Below, piece after piece: positions 29,098 to 38,067 of a stretch of DNA of 64,000 bases (the first letter of the stretch is position 1; every line of letters starts with the position of its first letter). Position numbers and translations under genes: made by a program. Under the pieces are notes generated by a model. That model searched no databases. It saw nothing but the letters and a program-made list of their open reading frames with translations, and was not told the DNA's origin. The DNA comes from an archaeon GW2011_AR15 (GTDB taxonomy: Archaea; Nanobdellota; Nanobdellia; Woesearchaeales; GW2011-AR15): contig CP010425.1 of the NCBI GenBank assembly GCA_000830295.1, positions 864,001 to 928,000 of the forward strand, written 5' to 3'.

Positions 29098-30221
29098 CAG
29101 AGCAACACCAAAATCCGGAGAAAGTCCCAGGACATAACATACCGGAAGGAATAAGGAAGGTAAAGGAAGAAAATAAAATGCATCTTGCCAGAGTTAACCC
29201 TCTTATTGAATTGCTGAAAAAAGAAATGGAGAAGTTCAAGCAGGTGCTGGAATCATCAAGAGAGAAGATACCCGGCGAAGGAAATGAGCTTGGAAAAAGC
29301 GTAGATGGGGCCGAGAAAGCTATTAAGAAGCTCGATGCTGCAGAAGAAGCAGGCAAGAAGGCTGAAGAAGAAATTGATAAAATTGAGGAAAAAGAGAAGA
29401 AGGACCGCTCCCATGATGAAGAGACTATTGAAAAGGAGCTGGAAAAACTCGTTAAATCTTTTGAGAGGACAAGGCATGAGCTTGAGGAAATAAAGGCTGT
29501 TGACGATGAGGAATTCAGGGACATAAAAAAACTTCATGACCTTCTTGTGCCTATAAGGGAAGGGCTGCTGTATGCCTCTAAGCTTCCGGAAGACAAATGC
29601 ATTGAAGCCCTTAAAAAAATGAATACTATACACAGAGGAATATACAGCCTGAGAAAAGAATTCTCCAAATCACACAATGCTATGAAGGGGGCATTGTGGA
29701 CTATTTACAGGTTCTCCAGGCTGGAATACAGGCACTACAACACTTTAGGGAAAGATGTAAGGAAATTTATAAACAGGCCGGATGTTGATCCTGGTGCAAA
29801 GCAGTATTTAGAGAGAATGCTTGAGCAGCTGGAAAGGCCAATCCAGGTGATAATTGCCTATGAGAGAGAGCTGACAGGAAAGGAAAAAGAGGCAGTGCAT
29901 TCAGAAGAAGAAATAATGAAATATATGGATAGTATGAAGAAGAAAGTTGAGGAGATATTCAAAGGCCTGACAAGCCCGAACCCGAAAAAAGAGACCCTTG
30001 AAAAAAGGATAACTGCCAATAAGCAGCACGTCCTTGAGCTTATAGCAATCATAAAGAGACTTGATGATGCAGCAATCGCTTTTAGGAGGCTGCTTGTAAC
30101 TAATTTTGAAACGACGAGAAACTTCTATAGCGCAGTGAACCAGCTTATACAGGTATTATCACAGAAAGAAAGGGCATTGAAGTCTATAGAAGTCAGCAGA
30201 AAAACTGCTGCTAGGGCATGA
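29094..30221 (+). CDS. Long coiled-coil protein
   Basis: E/K-rich heptad sequence; ATGA overlap with the upstream gene. Confidence 0.75.
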   Translation: MTEQHQNPEKVPGHNIPEGIRKVKEENKMHLARVNPLIELLKKEMEKFKQVLESSREKIPGEGNELGKSVDGAEKAIKKLDAAEEAGKKAEEEIDKIEEKEKKDRSHDEETIEKELEKLVKSFERTRHELEEIKAVDDEEFRDIKKLHDLLVPIREGLLYASKLPEDKCIEALKKMNTIHRGIYSLRKEFSKSHNAMKGALWTIYRFSRLEYRHYNTLGKDVRKFINRPDVDPGAKQYLERMLEQLERPIQVIIAYERELTGKEKEAVHSEEEIMKYMDSMKKKVEEIFKGLTSPNPKKETLEKRITANKQHVLELIAIIKRLDDAAIAFRRLLVTNFETTRNFYSAVNQLIQVLSQKERALKSIEVSRKTAARA

Positions 30222-30260
30222 AAGTAATTCTAAAAAAGAAAGGAATAAAAAATTAAATAA

Positions 30261-31199
30261 TTATATCTCGTAATCCAGGTCGCTTGTCGGCTCAGCCATG
30301 GCTACAGGCCTTACGCCGTCTAATACACGCAGTTCGCCATCATATCCTGACAGCTTTTCCCTGTCTATCCTTAATGCAGGATTGCTGTTTACCCTTGCCA
30401 TTTCCTGGGCAAGCTGCGGTATGCCAAGCTCTCCTTCAAGAGTTGCTACATTCTTGTATTTCAGGGCAATTGCAGCTGCATCCATAAGGTGTCCGTCAAG
30501 CATATAGCCCGGGCCTTTTTGTGAAACATAGGCTTCAGCAACTTTCTCAAGCACAGCATATCCTGCTTTGAGCGTATCAATAATGCCCTGCTTTCCTGTC
30601 CATACATTCAGATGGATATCTTCATCTCCAAGAGCCTCTGTAAGAGCCCTTTCAATTTGGTTGGCATTTGTTCCGTTATAGAGTGTATTTTCCAGAGTTG
30701 AATGGTAGGCTGCTTTTGCCTGTGATGCATGAAGAAGCTGCTCTACCACAGCTACTCTTGCGCGGGAACTATCTGCTCCCCATGCAGTATCCATTTCTAT
30801 CCCCTGGTAATCAACAGCGACATCAGCTACCTGTGTCTTGCCGAATGCTTCAAGGTATGTGCTTATATCAAACAGAAGCCCTGTTTTGAAAACTTCATCT
30901 TCTGCTCTTGTGCCTTGTATCTGGGAAGTTTCCTCAAGCAAATCTGAAAGCCTTAGCATATCGCTATATGCTGTAGAAACATCAAGTGAGGCTACATTAG
31001 GGGCTGGGCCATACATTGATTCCAGTGAATTTGTCCTGTAATCAAGATTTTTCTTTACTTCTGCATAATTTTCAGCAGGCACTCCGCCTGAAAGACTCAG
31101 GTTAAGAGCCCTCATTTTCTGTCCTTTTGGCGCATGTCTTGCTGCGCTGAATGCTTTGCCAAACCTTGAATTTCTTATTATTGACATAAGTGATGCCAT
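30261..31199 (-). CDS. Hypothetical protein
   Basis: 312-aa ORF with RBS AGGTGA and a TTTATATA box upstream. Confidence 0.7.
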   Translation of the reverse strand: MASLMSIIRNSRFGKAFSAARHAPKGQKMRALNLSLSGGVPAENYAEVKKNLDYRTNSLESMYGPAPNVASLDVSTAYSDMLRLSDLLEETSQIQGTRAEDEVFKTGLLFDISTYLEAFGKTQVADVAVDYQGIEMDTAWGADSSRARVAVVEQLLHASQAKAAYHSTLENTLYNGTNANQIERALTEALGDEDIHLNVWTGKQGIIDTLKAGYAVLEKVAEAYVSQKGPGYMLDGHLMDAAAIALKYKNVATLEGELGIPQLAQEMARVNSNPALRIDREKLSGYDGELRVLDGVRPVAMAEPTSDLDYEI

Positions 31200-31335
31200 T
31201 GTTTTTCACCTTTTTACCACTTAAACGTGGTTATTATTTACTTGTTAGTAACAATTACTATATAAATGTTTCGTTTTCCTATTCTGACAGAGGATAACCA
31301 AACATTTTTATACCATTCCCCATATTTTCTTCTGT

Positions 31336-32043
31336 ATGGAGATAAGGCTGTCCAGAAAACCTTTAAGGCCGAAGATAATAGAAGGCTTTCCTGGATTTGG
31401 GCTTATTGGCACCATTTCAACGGAATTTCTTATAGATCATCTTAAGGCAGAAAAAATAGGTTCATTCCACTATACAGAGCTGCCTGCCACAGTTGCTGTG
31501 CATGGTGGAAGGATAGTTGATCCGATGGGCGTCTTCTACAGCCGGGAGCACAACCTTGTGATATTGCATACAATACTTGATACTATAGGGCTTGAATGGG
31601 CCATTGCAGAAAATATAAACAGAATGGCAAAAGAGCTGAGAGCTGCTGAGATTATAGGCCTTGAGGGAGTCTCCTCTCTGCAGAAATCTGACTCAGGCAG
31701 AGTTTTTTTCTACTCCACAAGCTCAAAGACCAAAGAAAAGCTGGAAAAAGCAGGCCTTTACCCGCTGAAAGAGTCAGTGATTGTAGGAGTTTCAGGAGCG
31801 ATGCTGCTCCGCTCAGCCATTCCTGTCACATGCTTCCTTGGAGAGACCAAGACAGAAACACCTGACAGCAGGGCAGCAGCCGGAATAATAAAGGCACTGG
31901 ACGAATACCTCAACTTAAAGGTTGACTACAGGCCGCTGCTTAAACAGGCGCAGGAAGTAGAAGAGAAGTTTAAGTCCATAATGAAACAGAGTTCAGCAGC
32001 CTCAAAGATAGCTGATAAAAAAAGGCTTGATTATCTCGGCTGA
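31336..32043 (+). CDS. PAC2-family proteasome assembly chaperone
   Basis: IIEGFPGFGLIGTISTEFLIDHL, GVSGAML and PDSRAAA motifs. Confidence 0.9.
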   Translation: MEIRLSRKPLRPKIIEGFPGFGLIGTISTEFLIDHLKAEKIGSFHYTELPATVAVHGGRIVDPMGVFYSREHNLVILHTILDTIGLEWAIAENINRMAKELRAAEIIGLEGVSSLQKSDSGRVFFYSTSSKTKEKLEKAGLYPLKESVIVGVSGAMLLRSAIPVTCFLGETKTETPDSRAAAGIIKALDEYLNLKVDYRPLLKQAQEVEEKFKSIMKQSSAASKIADKKRLDYLG

Positions 32044-32083
32044 ATCCAAAAAATATATATACCCCCCTATCTAAGGTTCTTCC

Positions 32084-32476
32084 ATGGCAGAGCTTGTTAT
32101 AATCCCGGCAATAGTCTTTGGGCTTGTAATAGGGCTTGTAGAGATGATTTTTGTCCATTCTGATGAGATTGGAATGGGCTGGTTCATGCACGGGCTTCAT
32201 GCACTTCCCTTCACTATCCTGTTCACATTCGCAAGCATGAATGTATCATGGGTGCTGGGATTTTTCGGCGGGATAGGAGAGACATTCCTTATTGATTTGG
32301 GAGTCAGGCTCGCAATAGCCATCATAGGCATGATAAAGATAGGAGCAGCCGCCGCCATTGCAGGAAGGGTCGGGGAGAGGTTCTACCACATACTGATAAT
32401 AGGAGCACTTCTATTCGCCTCTTCATATGTCTGGATGTTCTTCGGCTCATTTATACCAATCCCTAACTGGATATAA
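32084..32476 (+). CDS. Four-TM membrane protein
   Basis: Four hydrophobic segments with His/Glu residues (EMIFVHSDE, HGLHA, HILII). Confidence 0.7.
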   Translation: MAELVIIPAIVFGLVIGLVEMIFVHSDEIGMGWFMHGLHALPFTILFTFASMNVSWVLGFFGGIGETFLIDLGVRLAIAIIGMIKIGAAAAIAGRVGERFYHILIIGALLFASSYVWMFFGSFIPIPNWI

Positions 32477-32524
32477 TGCAGTTGGATTCTGTAGAAATTA
32501 AAATCAGATTTCTAATAATTTTTA

Positions 32525-32596
32525 GTGGGGGGAGACTCCCCTCACGCTCCCCTCTACACGCTTCCCTGGGTGGTGTGGAGGGTATCCCTCCACTAC
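32525..32596. repeat. Paired GC-rich hairpin element upstream of rel (REP/MITE-like, copy 2)
   Basis: Minus strand GGGGAGCGTGAGGGGAGTCTCCCCCCAC (32552-32525) and plus strand hairpin GTGGAGGG-TAT-CCCTCCAC, set in A+T-rich flanks. Confidence 0.55.
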
Positions 32597-32665
32597 ATTA
32601 AAATTTATTGTTTCTTCTCTTTGTCAATACAAAAATTTAAGAATAATCAGAGGTTTACACCTGCC

Positions 32666-34573
32666 ATGGACCCGGAACTCCAGGAACTCATAAAGGAAGT
32701 TGTATCCTATGATAAGAATGCGGATGTTGAGCTTATAAAAAAGGCATATAATTTTTCAAAGGATGCGCATAAAGGCCAGAAAAGGCATTCGGGCATGGAT
32801 TATTTCAACCATCCTCTTGGAGTTACAAAAATCCTTCTTGAGCTGAGGCCGGATATAGAAACAATATGCGCGGCACTCCTGCATGATGTTGTTGAGGAAA
32901 CAGATCATACGCTGGAAGAACTGAAGAGGGAATTTGGGAAAGAGATTGCCATGCTTGTGGAAGGCGAGACAAAGACTGCCAAAGTCGAGTTTGAAAGCGC
33001 AGAGGACTATACTGCAGAGAACTGGAGGAAGATTCTCCTGGCGACAACAAAGGATGTCAGGGTTATACTGATAAAACTGGCTGACAGGCTGCATAATATG
33101 AGGACCTTAAAGCATGTGAGGCCTGACAAGCAGAAGAGAATATCGAAAGAGACAATGGAGATATATGCGCCCATAGCCCACAAACTGGGGCTCTACAGCC
33201 TGAAGGGAGAGCTGGAAGACCTTTCCCTGAGGTATCTTAAGCCCGATATCTACCAGTATATGAAGAGCAAGATAAATGAAAAGAGGACAAAAAGAGAGGA
33301 GAAGGCAAGGATGATAATGAAGCTTGTCACAGATGGCCTTAAAAATGCAGGGATTGAGGTAGCGGAGGTCTCAGGTAGGGCAAAGTATTTTTACAGCATA
33401 TACAAGAAGATGGTTATTGAGAAGAAAAGCTTTGATGAGATATACGACCTCATTGCAATAAGGATTATAGTGAATACCATCCCTGAATGCTACAGGGTCC
33501 TGGCGGAAATCCATCATCTCTGGAAGCCGATACCCGGGAGATTCAAGGATTATATAGCAGTTCCCAAGTCAAACGGCTACCAGTCGCTGCATACAGACGT
33601 TGCAACACCTTTTGATGTAGTGCTGGAAGTGCAGATAAGGACAGTTGAGATGGATTACAATGCCCGTTACGGGGTTGCAGCGCACTGGCGTTACAAAGGG
33701 ACTGAAAGGGACAGGAAATTTGATAAGAGGATATCTTGGCTGGAGCAGGTGCTGGACTGGAAGAGGAAAGCCCCGAATGAGTTTCTTGAAACACTTAAAG
33801 TTGACCTGTTTCAGGACGAGATACTTGTGTTCACGCCAAAGGGAGACCCGGTTATACTCCAGGAAGGCTCCACTCCTGTTGATTTTGCTTATGAGATCCA
33901 TACAAATGTGGGAAATGCCTGCACAAAAGCAAGCGTAAACAAGAAACTGGTCCCTCTTGACTATAAGCTGAAAAGCGGGGATGTAGTCCAGATAATTACT
34001 TCGCCTAAGGCAAAGCCTTCCAGGAGCTGGCTGTCTTTTGTTACTTCAAGCAAAGCCAAGCAGAAAATAAGATCCAGTTTGGGTATAGAGGTGGAGACAG
34101 ACCCAAAGCAGGTAAGAGACAAAAAAGAGCATATCAGCCTTGAGAAATACATTTCCTATAAGGGAAAGAAAGCCCAGCTCAAGCTCTCCAAATGCTGCAA
34201 CCCGAAATTTAAGGAGAATATTGTTGCTTTCCGGACCAAGGACGGCAGCATTACAGTCCACCAGAAAGGCTGCCCAAATATCCATACGCTTGATAAGTCC
34301 AAGGAGGTTGAGGTAGGATGGAACGTGCCGGCAGAGCATATAAAAACAATAGATATCTATGTAGAAGACAAGCTTGGCATGGTAGAGCAGATACTGAACA
34401 CGCTTACAAGATCCAGGATAAATGTGCTGTCAATAAACATGAAGCCTCACAAAAGGACAATACATATTTCCATGAATATAAAGGCAGAAAGCGATGATGA
34501 AGTGGAGAAGACAGTAAGGATTCTGCAGAAAATTAAAAACATTACATACGTGACTTCCGGGAGCAGCCAATAA
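32666..34573 (+). CDS. rel: Long RelA/SpoT homolog, bifunctional (p)ppGpp synthetase/hydrolase
   Basis: HD domain (HKGQKRHSG..YFNHP, ALLHDVVE, IKLADRLHNMRTL). Synthetase domain (GRAKYFYSIYKKM, RFKDYIAVPKSNGYQSLHT, EVQIRT). TGS (VFTPKG, TPVDFAYEIHT), zinc finger (SKCCNP, H..GC) and ACT domains. Start reassigned to ATG 32666. Confidence 0.95.
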   Translation: MDPELQELIKEVVSYDKNADVELIKKAYNFSKDAHKGQKRHSGMDYFNHPLGVTKILLELRPDIETICAALLHDVVEETDHTLEELKREFGKEIAMLVEGETKTAKVEFESAEDYTAENWRKILLATTKDVRVILIKLADRLHNMRTLKHVRPDKQKRISKETMEIYAPIAHKLGLYSLKGELEDLSLRYLKPDIYQYMKSKINEKRTKREEKARMIMKLVTDGLKNAGIEVAEVSGRAKYFYSIYKKMVIEKKSFDEIYDLIAIRIIVNTIPECYRVLAEIHHLWKPIPGRFKDYIAVPKSNGYQSLHTDVATPFDVVLEVQIRTVEMDYNARYGVAAHWRYKGTERDRKFDKRISWLEQVLDWKRKAPNEFLETLKVDLFQDEILVFTPKGDPVILQEGSTPVDFAYEIHTNVGNACTKASVNKKLVPLDYKLKSGDVVQIITSPKAKPSRSWLSFVTSSKAKQKIRSSLGIEVETDPKQVRDKKEHISLEKYISYKGKKAQLKLSKCCNPKFKENIVAFRTKDGSITVHQKGCPNIHTLDKSKEVEVGWNVPAEHIKTIDIYVEDKLGMVEQILNTLTRSRINVLSINMKPHKRTIHISMNIKAESDDEVEKTVRILQKIKNITYVTSGSSQ

Positions 34574-34608
34574 AAACCATTATAAATCATAGTGTATTTA
34601 GCAATATC

Positions 34609-35286
34609 ATGAAAACCCTGATTCTTTCTCTCGGAGGTTCGCTTATAGCTCCTGATAAACCGGACTATTTTTTTCTGAGGGAATTCAAGAATTTTGTGAT
34701 ATCAAGACTGGACAAGTACAGGTTCGTTATTGTATGCGGCGGAGGGAAGACAGCATCCTATTACGTGCAGGCAGCCGGAAGGGTTTCCAGGATGAGCGAT
34801 GAAAGCCTTGACTGGATAGGTATCATGGCAACAAGGCTGAACGGAGAGCTTGTGAGGGCAATTTTTGGAGAGCTGGCATGTGAGAACGTGGTATATAATC
34901 CAAAAGAGAAGATAAAGACAGATAAGAAAATAATCGTGGCAGCTGGATATAAGCCCGGCTGGTCCACGGATTATGACAGTGTGCTGCTGGCAAAGCAGTT
35001 TAGGGCTGCAGAGATAATCAACATGACAAACATTGATTATGTCTATGACAAGGATCCAGGAAAAAATAAGGATGCAAAAAAGCTCCTGGATATAAGCTGG
35101 AGGGAATACAGGCGTATAGCAGGCAGCAAATGGTCCCCGCGCCTCAACCTTCCGTTTGACCCGATAGCAAGCAGGGAGGCACAGAAAAAGAAGCTTAAAG
35201 CAGTCATACTGAACGGAAAAGATTTGCAGAATTTGGACAATTACCTGCTTGAAAAGGACTTCAAAGGCACGATTATTCACGGATGA
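34609..35286 (+). CDS. pyrH: UMP kinase (archaeal type)
   Basis: SLGGS, VCGGGKTA, DWIGIMATRLN, PGWSTD, YDKDP and PFDPIA. Confidence 0.92.
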   Translation: MKTLILSLGGSLIAPDKPDYFFLREFKNFVISRLDKYRFVIVCGGGKTASYYVQAAGRVSRMSDESLDWIGIMATRLNGELVRAIFGELACENVVYNPKEKIKTDKKIIVAAGYKPGWSTDYDSVLLAKQFRAAEIINMTNIDYVYDKDPGKNKDAKKLLDISWREYRRIAGSKWSPRLNLPFDPIASREAQKKKLKAVILNGKDLQNLDNYLLEKDFKGTIIHG

Positions 35287-35337
35287 AACAAAAAAAATAT
35301 AAACAAGTATACCTAAAATTTTACCAGGGAGAAAATA

Positions 35338-36759
35338 ATGGGTAAAAAATTACTGGTTTTGGCGATTCTGATAATACTTCTAAGCCTACCTGTCTATGCA
35401 AAGATATCTGTGACCAGCCAAGCAGAAAAGAGCAATATATACATGGATGAGCAGGCAGTGTTTAAAGTTACAGTGCGCAACCACGACCCTAATGCAAAAA
35501 CAATAAACGTATATACCACAGACCTGAGATGGTATGTTGATGTCGAGCCAGAGGTAACAACAATAAAAGCAAACTCTGATATCAATTTTGACCTCATGCT
35601 TGTTCCAAATGTATGGGCTCAGCCAGGCTCTCAGATAGTGAAAGTCAATGTTGAAGACCCAAATGGTGGATCAGGCGACAAGGTCGTGCTTGAACTCCCT
35701 GTATTTGTAAAATCTTATGATTCTGCGCAAAGAGAATACAGCCCGTCCATAGAGGTTATAGTTACCATACCTGAGGTAGTGGACCCAAGAGAAGGCCTTT
35801 CCCTTGATGTATACCTTAGAAACAGGAATAAAAGAGATAACCAGGACCTTCAGATTACTCTAAGCTCAGACCTCTTTTCAGACAACAAGACGCTTTCATT
35901 TGGGCCTCTTGAAGAAAGGACTGAAAAATTCCTGTTTGATATTGACAATGCTGCAGAGGCAGGAGAGCACCAGCTCCAGGTAAACCTCTTTTCCGGAGAC
36001 AGGATAATAAACAGGCAGTCTATAGAGTACAATATCCTTGGATATTCAACTTTTGTAGTGCAGGATGACATCACAGAAGCTCTTTTCAAGGAGACAACAG
36101 AATATACAGTTAAGAATGAGGGCAATATAAGAAAAACAGACAACTTCAGAGTCAGCATGGGTTTCCTGCAGAGATTATTTACTTCTTTCTCTGTAAGGCC
36201 CGACAGGTTTGACTTTGGAGGCAGCTATATTGAATGGGAACTTGACCTGGCTCCGATGGAAGAAGTGAATATAAGGGTAGTAAGGAATTTCAGGCCGACA
36301 ATTTATGCAATACTTATAGTAATAGTGACAGTAATGATGTATTTCATCTACAGGAGCCCTGTTATACTGAAAAAGGAATCAGTAATCACCGGCTCTTCAG
36401 AAGACGGCATATCAGAACTGAAGGTCCTTTTGCATCTCAGGAACAGGGGCCCGGATCTTATAGAAAACCTTACACTTACTGATCTTATTCCCTCTCTGGG
36501 CGATTATGTGGATGAAAAGAGGGTTGGCACGCTTTCGCCTTCAAAGGTTATAAAGCATCAGCAGAAAGGAACCCTGCTTAGATGGGAATTTGAAGCCCTT
36601 GACCCATTTGAGGAAAGGATAATAACTTACAGGATAAAGACAAAGATGACTGTTGTAGGAGGGTTTAATCTACCCCCGGGTAAGATAAGGTTTGTCACAA
36701 AGAAAGGAACAGAAAGGATAGTAAGGTCAAACAGGTTTCTTCTTGGTCTAGGTCTATAG
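35338..36759 (+). CDS. Signal-peptide protein with extracellular Ig-like domains, one TM helix and a C-terminal beta-sandwich domain
   Basis: Signal LPVYA, beta-rich repeats, TM segment IYAILIVIVTVMMYFIY, then a DUF11-like domain (LTDLIP...LRWEFEALDPFEERIITY). Confidence 0.75.
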   Translation: MGKKLLVLAILIILLSLPVYAKISVTSQAEKSNIYMDEQAVFKVTVRNHDPNAKTINVYTTDLRWYVDVEPEVTTIKANSDINFDLMLVPNVWAQPGSQIVKVNVEDPNGGSGDKVVLELPVFVKSYDSAQREYSPSIEVIVTIPEVVDPREGLSLDVYLRNRNKRDNQDLQITLSSDLFSDNKTLSFGPLEERTEKFLFDIDNAAEAGEHQLQVNLFSGDRIINRQSIEYNILGYSTFVVQDDITEALFKETTEYTVKNEGNIRKTDNFRVSMGFLQRLFTSFSVRPDRFDFGGSYIEWELDLAPMEEVNIRVVRNFRPTIYAILIVIVTVMMYFIYRSPVILKKESVITGSSEDGISELKVLLHLRNRGPDLIENLTLTDLIPSLGDYVDEKRVGTLSPSKVIKHQQKGTLLRWEFEALDPFEERIITYRIKTKMTVVGGFNLPPGKIRFVTKKGTERIVRSNRFLLGLGL

Positions 36760-36819
36760 ATTTTGCATTGATGTCAGTGATATAAATATTTATATAGCCG
36801 GTTTTTCTTAACAATAACC

Positions 36820-38013
36820 ATGGTTACATTAAAATACCAGAATTTGGCTTTTTCAGAGAAAGAAGGCAGGATAAGAATACTATTCCTTAAGATATATTAC
36901 TTTTATCTGGACAGGAAAGAGCTTGAGAAGATAGGCAAACTCAGGGTAAACAGGCATTCCATCAGTTTCAGGACTGACAAAAGAGAGGAAAATGTCAGGC
37001 AGAAGTTTGAATTTATGCTGACACAGGGTTTTGAGCACCTTGTAAGCACAGTCAACGGAAAGCCTGCGCTTTATGTGCACAGGAATTCAGGCATCCCGCT
37101 TATAGGCAGCAATGATTTCGGCATCATTGACAGAGGGACGAATACAATAGAGATAAAGCCCCTCACCACCTGCAATATAGACTGCATATTCTGCTCAGTT
37201 GACCATCTCAAAAGACACTCGGATATTGTTGTTGAGACAGATTACCTTATTGAAGAGCTGAAAAAGGTCATAGAGAAGAAAGAAAACAGGGTCAATATCC
37301 ATATAGGGAGCCAGGGGGACCCGTCTTTATACGGAGAGCTTGTCAGGCTTGTAAGGGAGATAAGGAAGATAAGAAAAGTAAATGCAATCTCAATGGTTAC
37401 AAATGGCATTCTTATCAATAGGACAATGGCAGACAAGCTGATAAAAGCAGGAATGACCCATTTTCACATCTCCCTGCACAGCCTTGATCCGGAGCGGGCC
37501 TCTAGGCTGGCCAACGCACCCTATCCTGTCAAAAAAGTCATGGAAACATGCAGGTATATAGTAAAGCACGCGCATCTCCTTCTTGTGCCTGTCTGGATGG
37601 CAGGAATAAACGATAAGGATGTGGAGGATGTAATTCTTTTCGGAAAGGAGATTGGAGCTGATTTGGGAGTGCAGAATTACCTGGAATACAGTTTCGGGAA
37701 GAAGCCAGTGAACCCAATGCCTATGAAATTATTCTTTATGAAGATAAAAGAGCTGGAGAAAAAGCTTGAAGTCAATCTTACCACGCTTAATGAGGATTTG
37801 GGGTTCAAGGTGGATACTAAGCTGAAAAAGCCTTTCAGGAAGGGCGATACTATTAATGTGGAGATAAAGGCCAGGGGAAGGCTTCTTAACTCTTATATTG
37901 CAGTTGCAGGAGAAAGGATTGTAACAGTGATAAGCTCGGATAACCTCAAAGGGCATGTAAAGGCCAGAATTATAAGAGATAAGGACAATATTTTTTCTGC
38001 CGTTCCAGCATGA
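36820..38013 (+). CDS. Uncharacterised archaeal radical SAM protein with C-terminal TRAM-like domain
   Basis: GIPLIGSNDFGIIDRGTN, CNIDCIFCSVD (CxxxCxxC), MVTNG and C-terminal KKPFRKGD...RDKDNIF. Confidence 0.85.
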   Translation: MVTLKYQNLAFSEKEGRIRILFLKIYYFYLDRKELEKIGKLRVNRHSISFRTDKREENVRQKFEFMLTQGFEHLVSTVNGKPALYVHRNSGIPLIGSNDFGIIDRGTNTIEIKPLTTCNIDCIFCSVDHLKRHSDIVVETDYLIEELKKVIEKKENRVNIHIGSQGDPSLYGELVRLVREIRKIRKVNAISMVTNGILINRTMADKLIKAGMTHFHISLHSLDPERASRLANAPYPVKKVMETCRYIVKHAHLLLVPVWMAGINDKDVEDVILFGKEIGADLGVQNYLEYSFGKKPVNPMPMKLFFMKIKELEKKLEVNLTTLNEDLGFKVDTKLKKPFRKGDTINVEIKARGRLLNSYIAVAGERIVTVISSDNLKGHVKARIIRDKDNIFSAVPA

Positions 38014-38067
38014 GTTGGTTAATCAGAATTTTCAGAAAAAAGAAAAGAAAAAATAAAATTATTTCTC

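Noticed and set aside
32525-32665. N-terminal extension of Rel from GTG 32525
   Set aside because: It translates the hairpin repeat and promoter region; the RSH sequence begins at ATG 32666.
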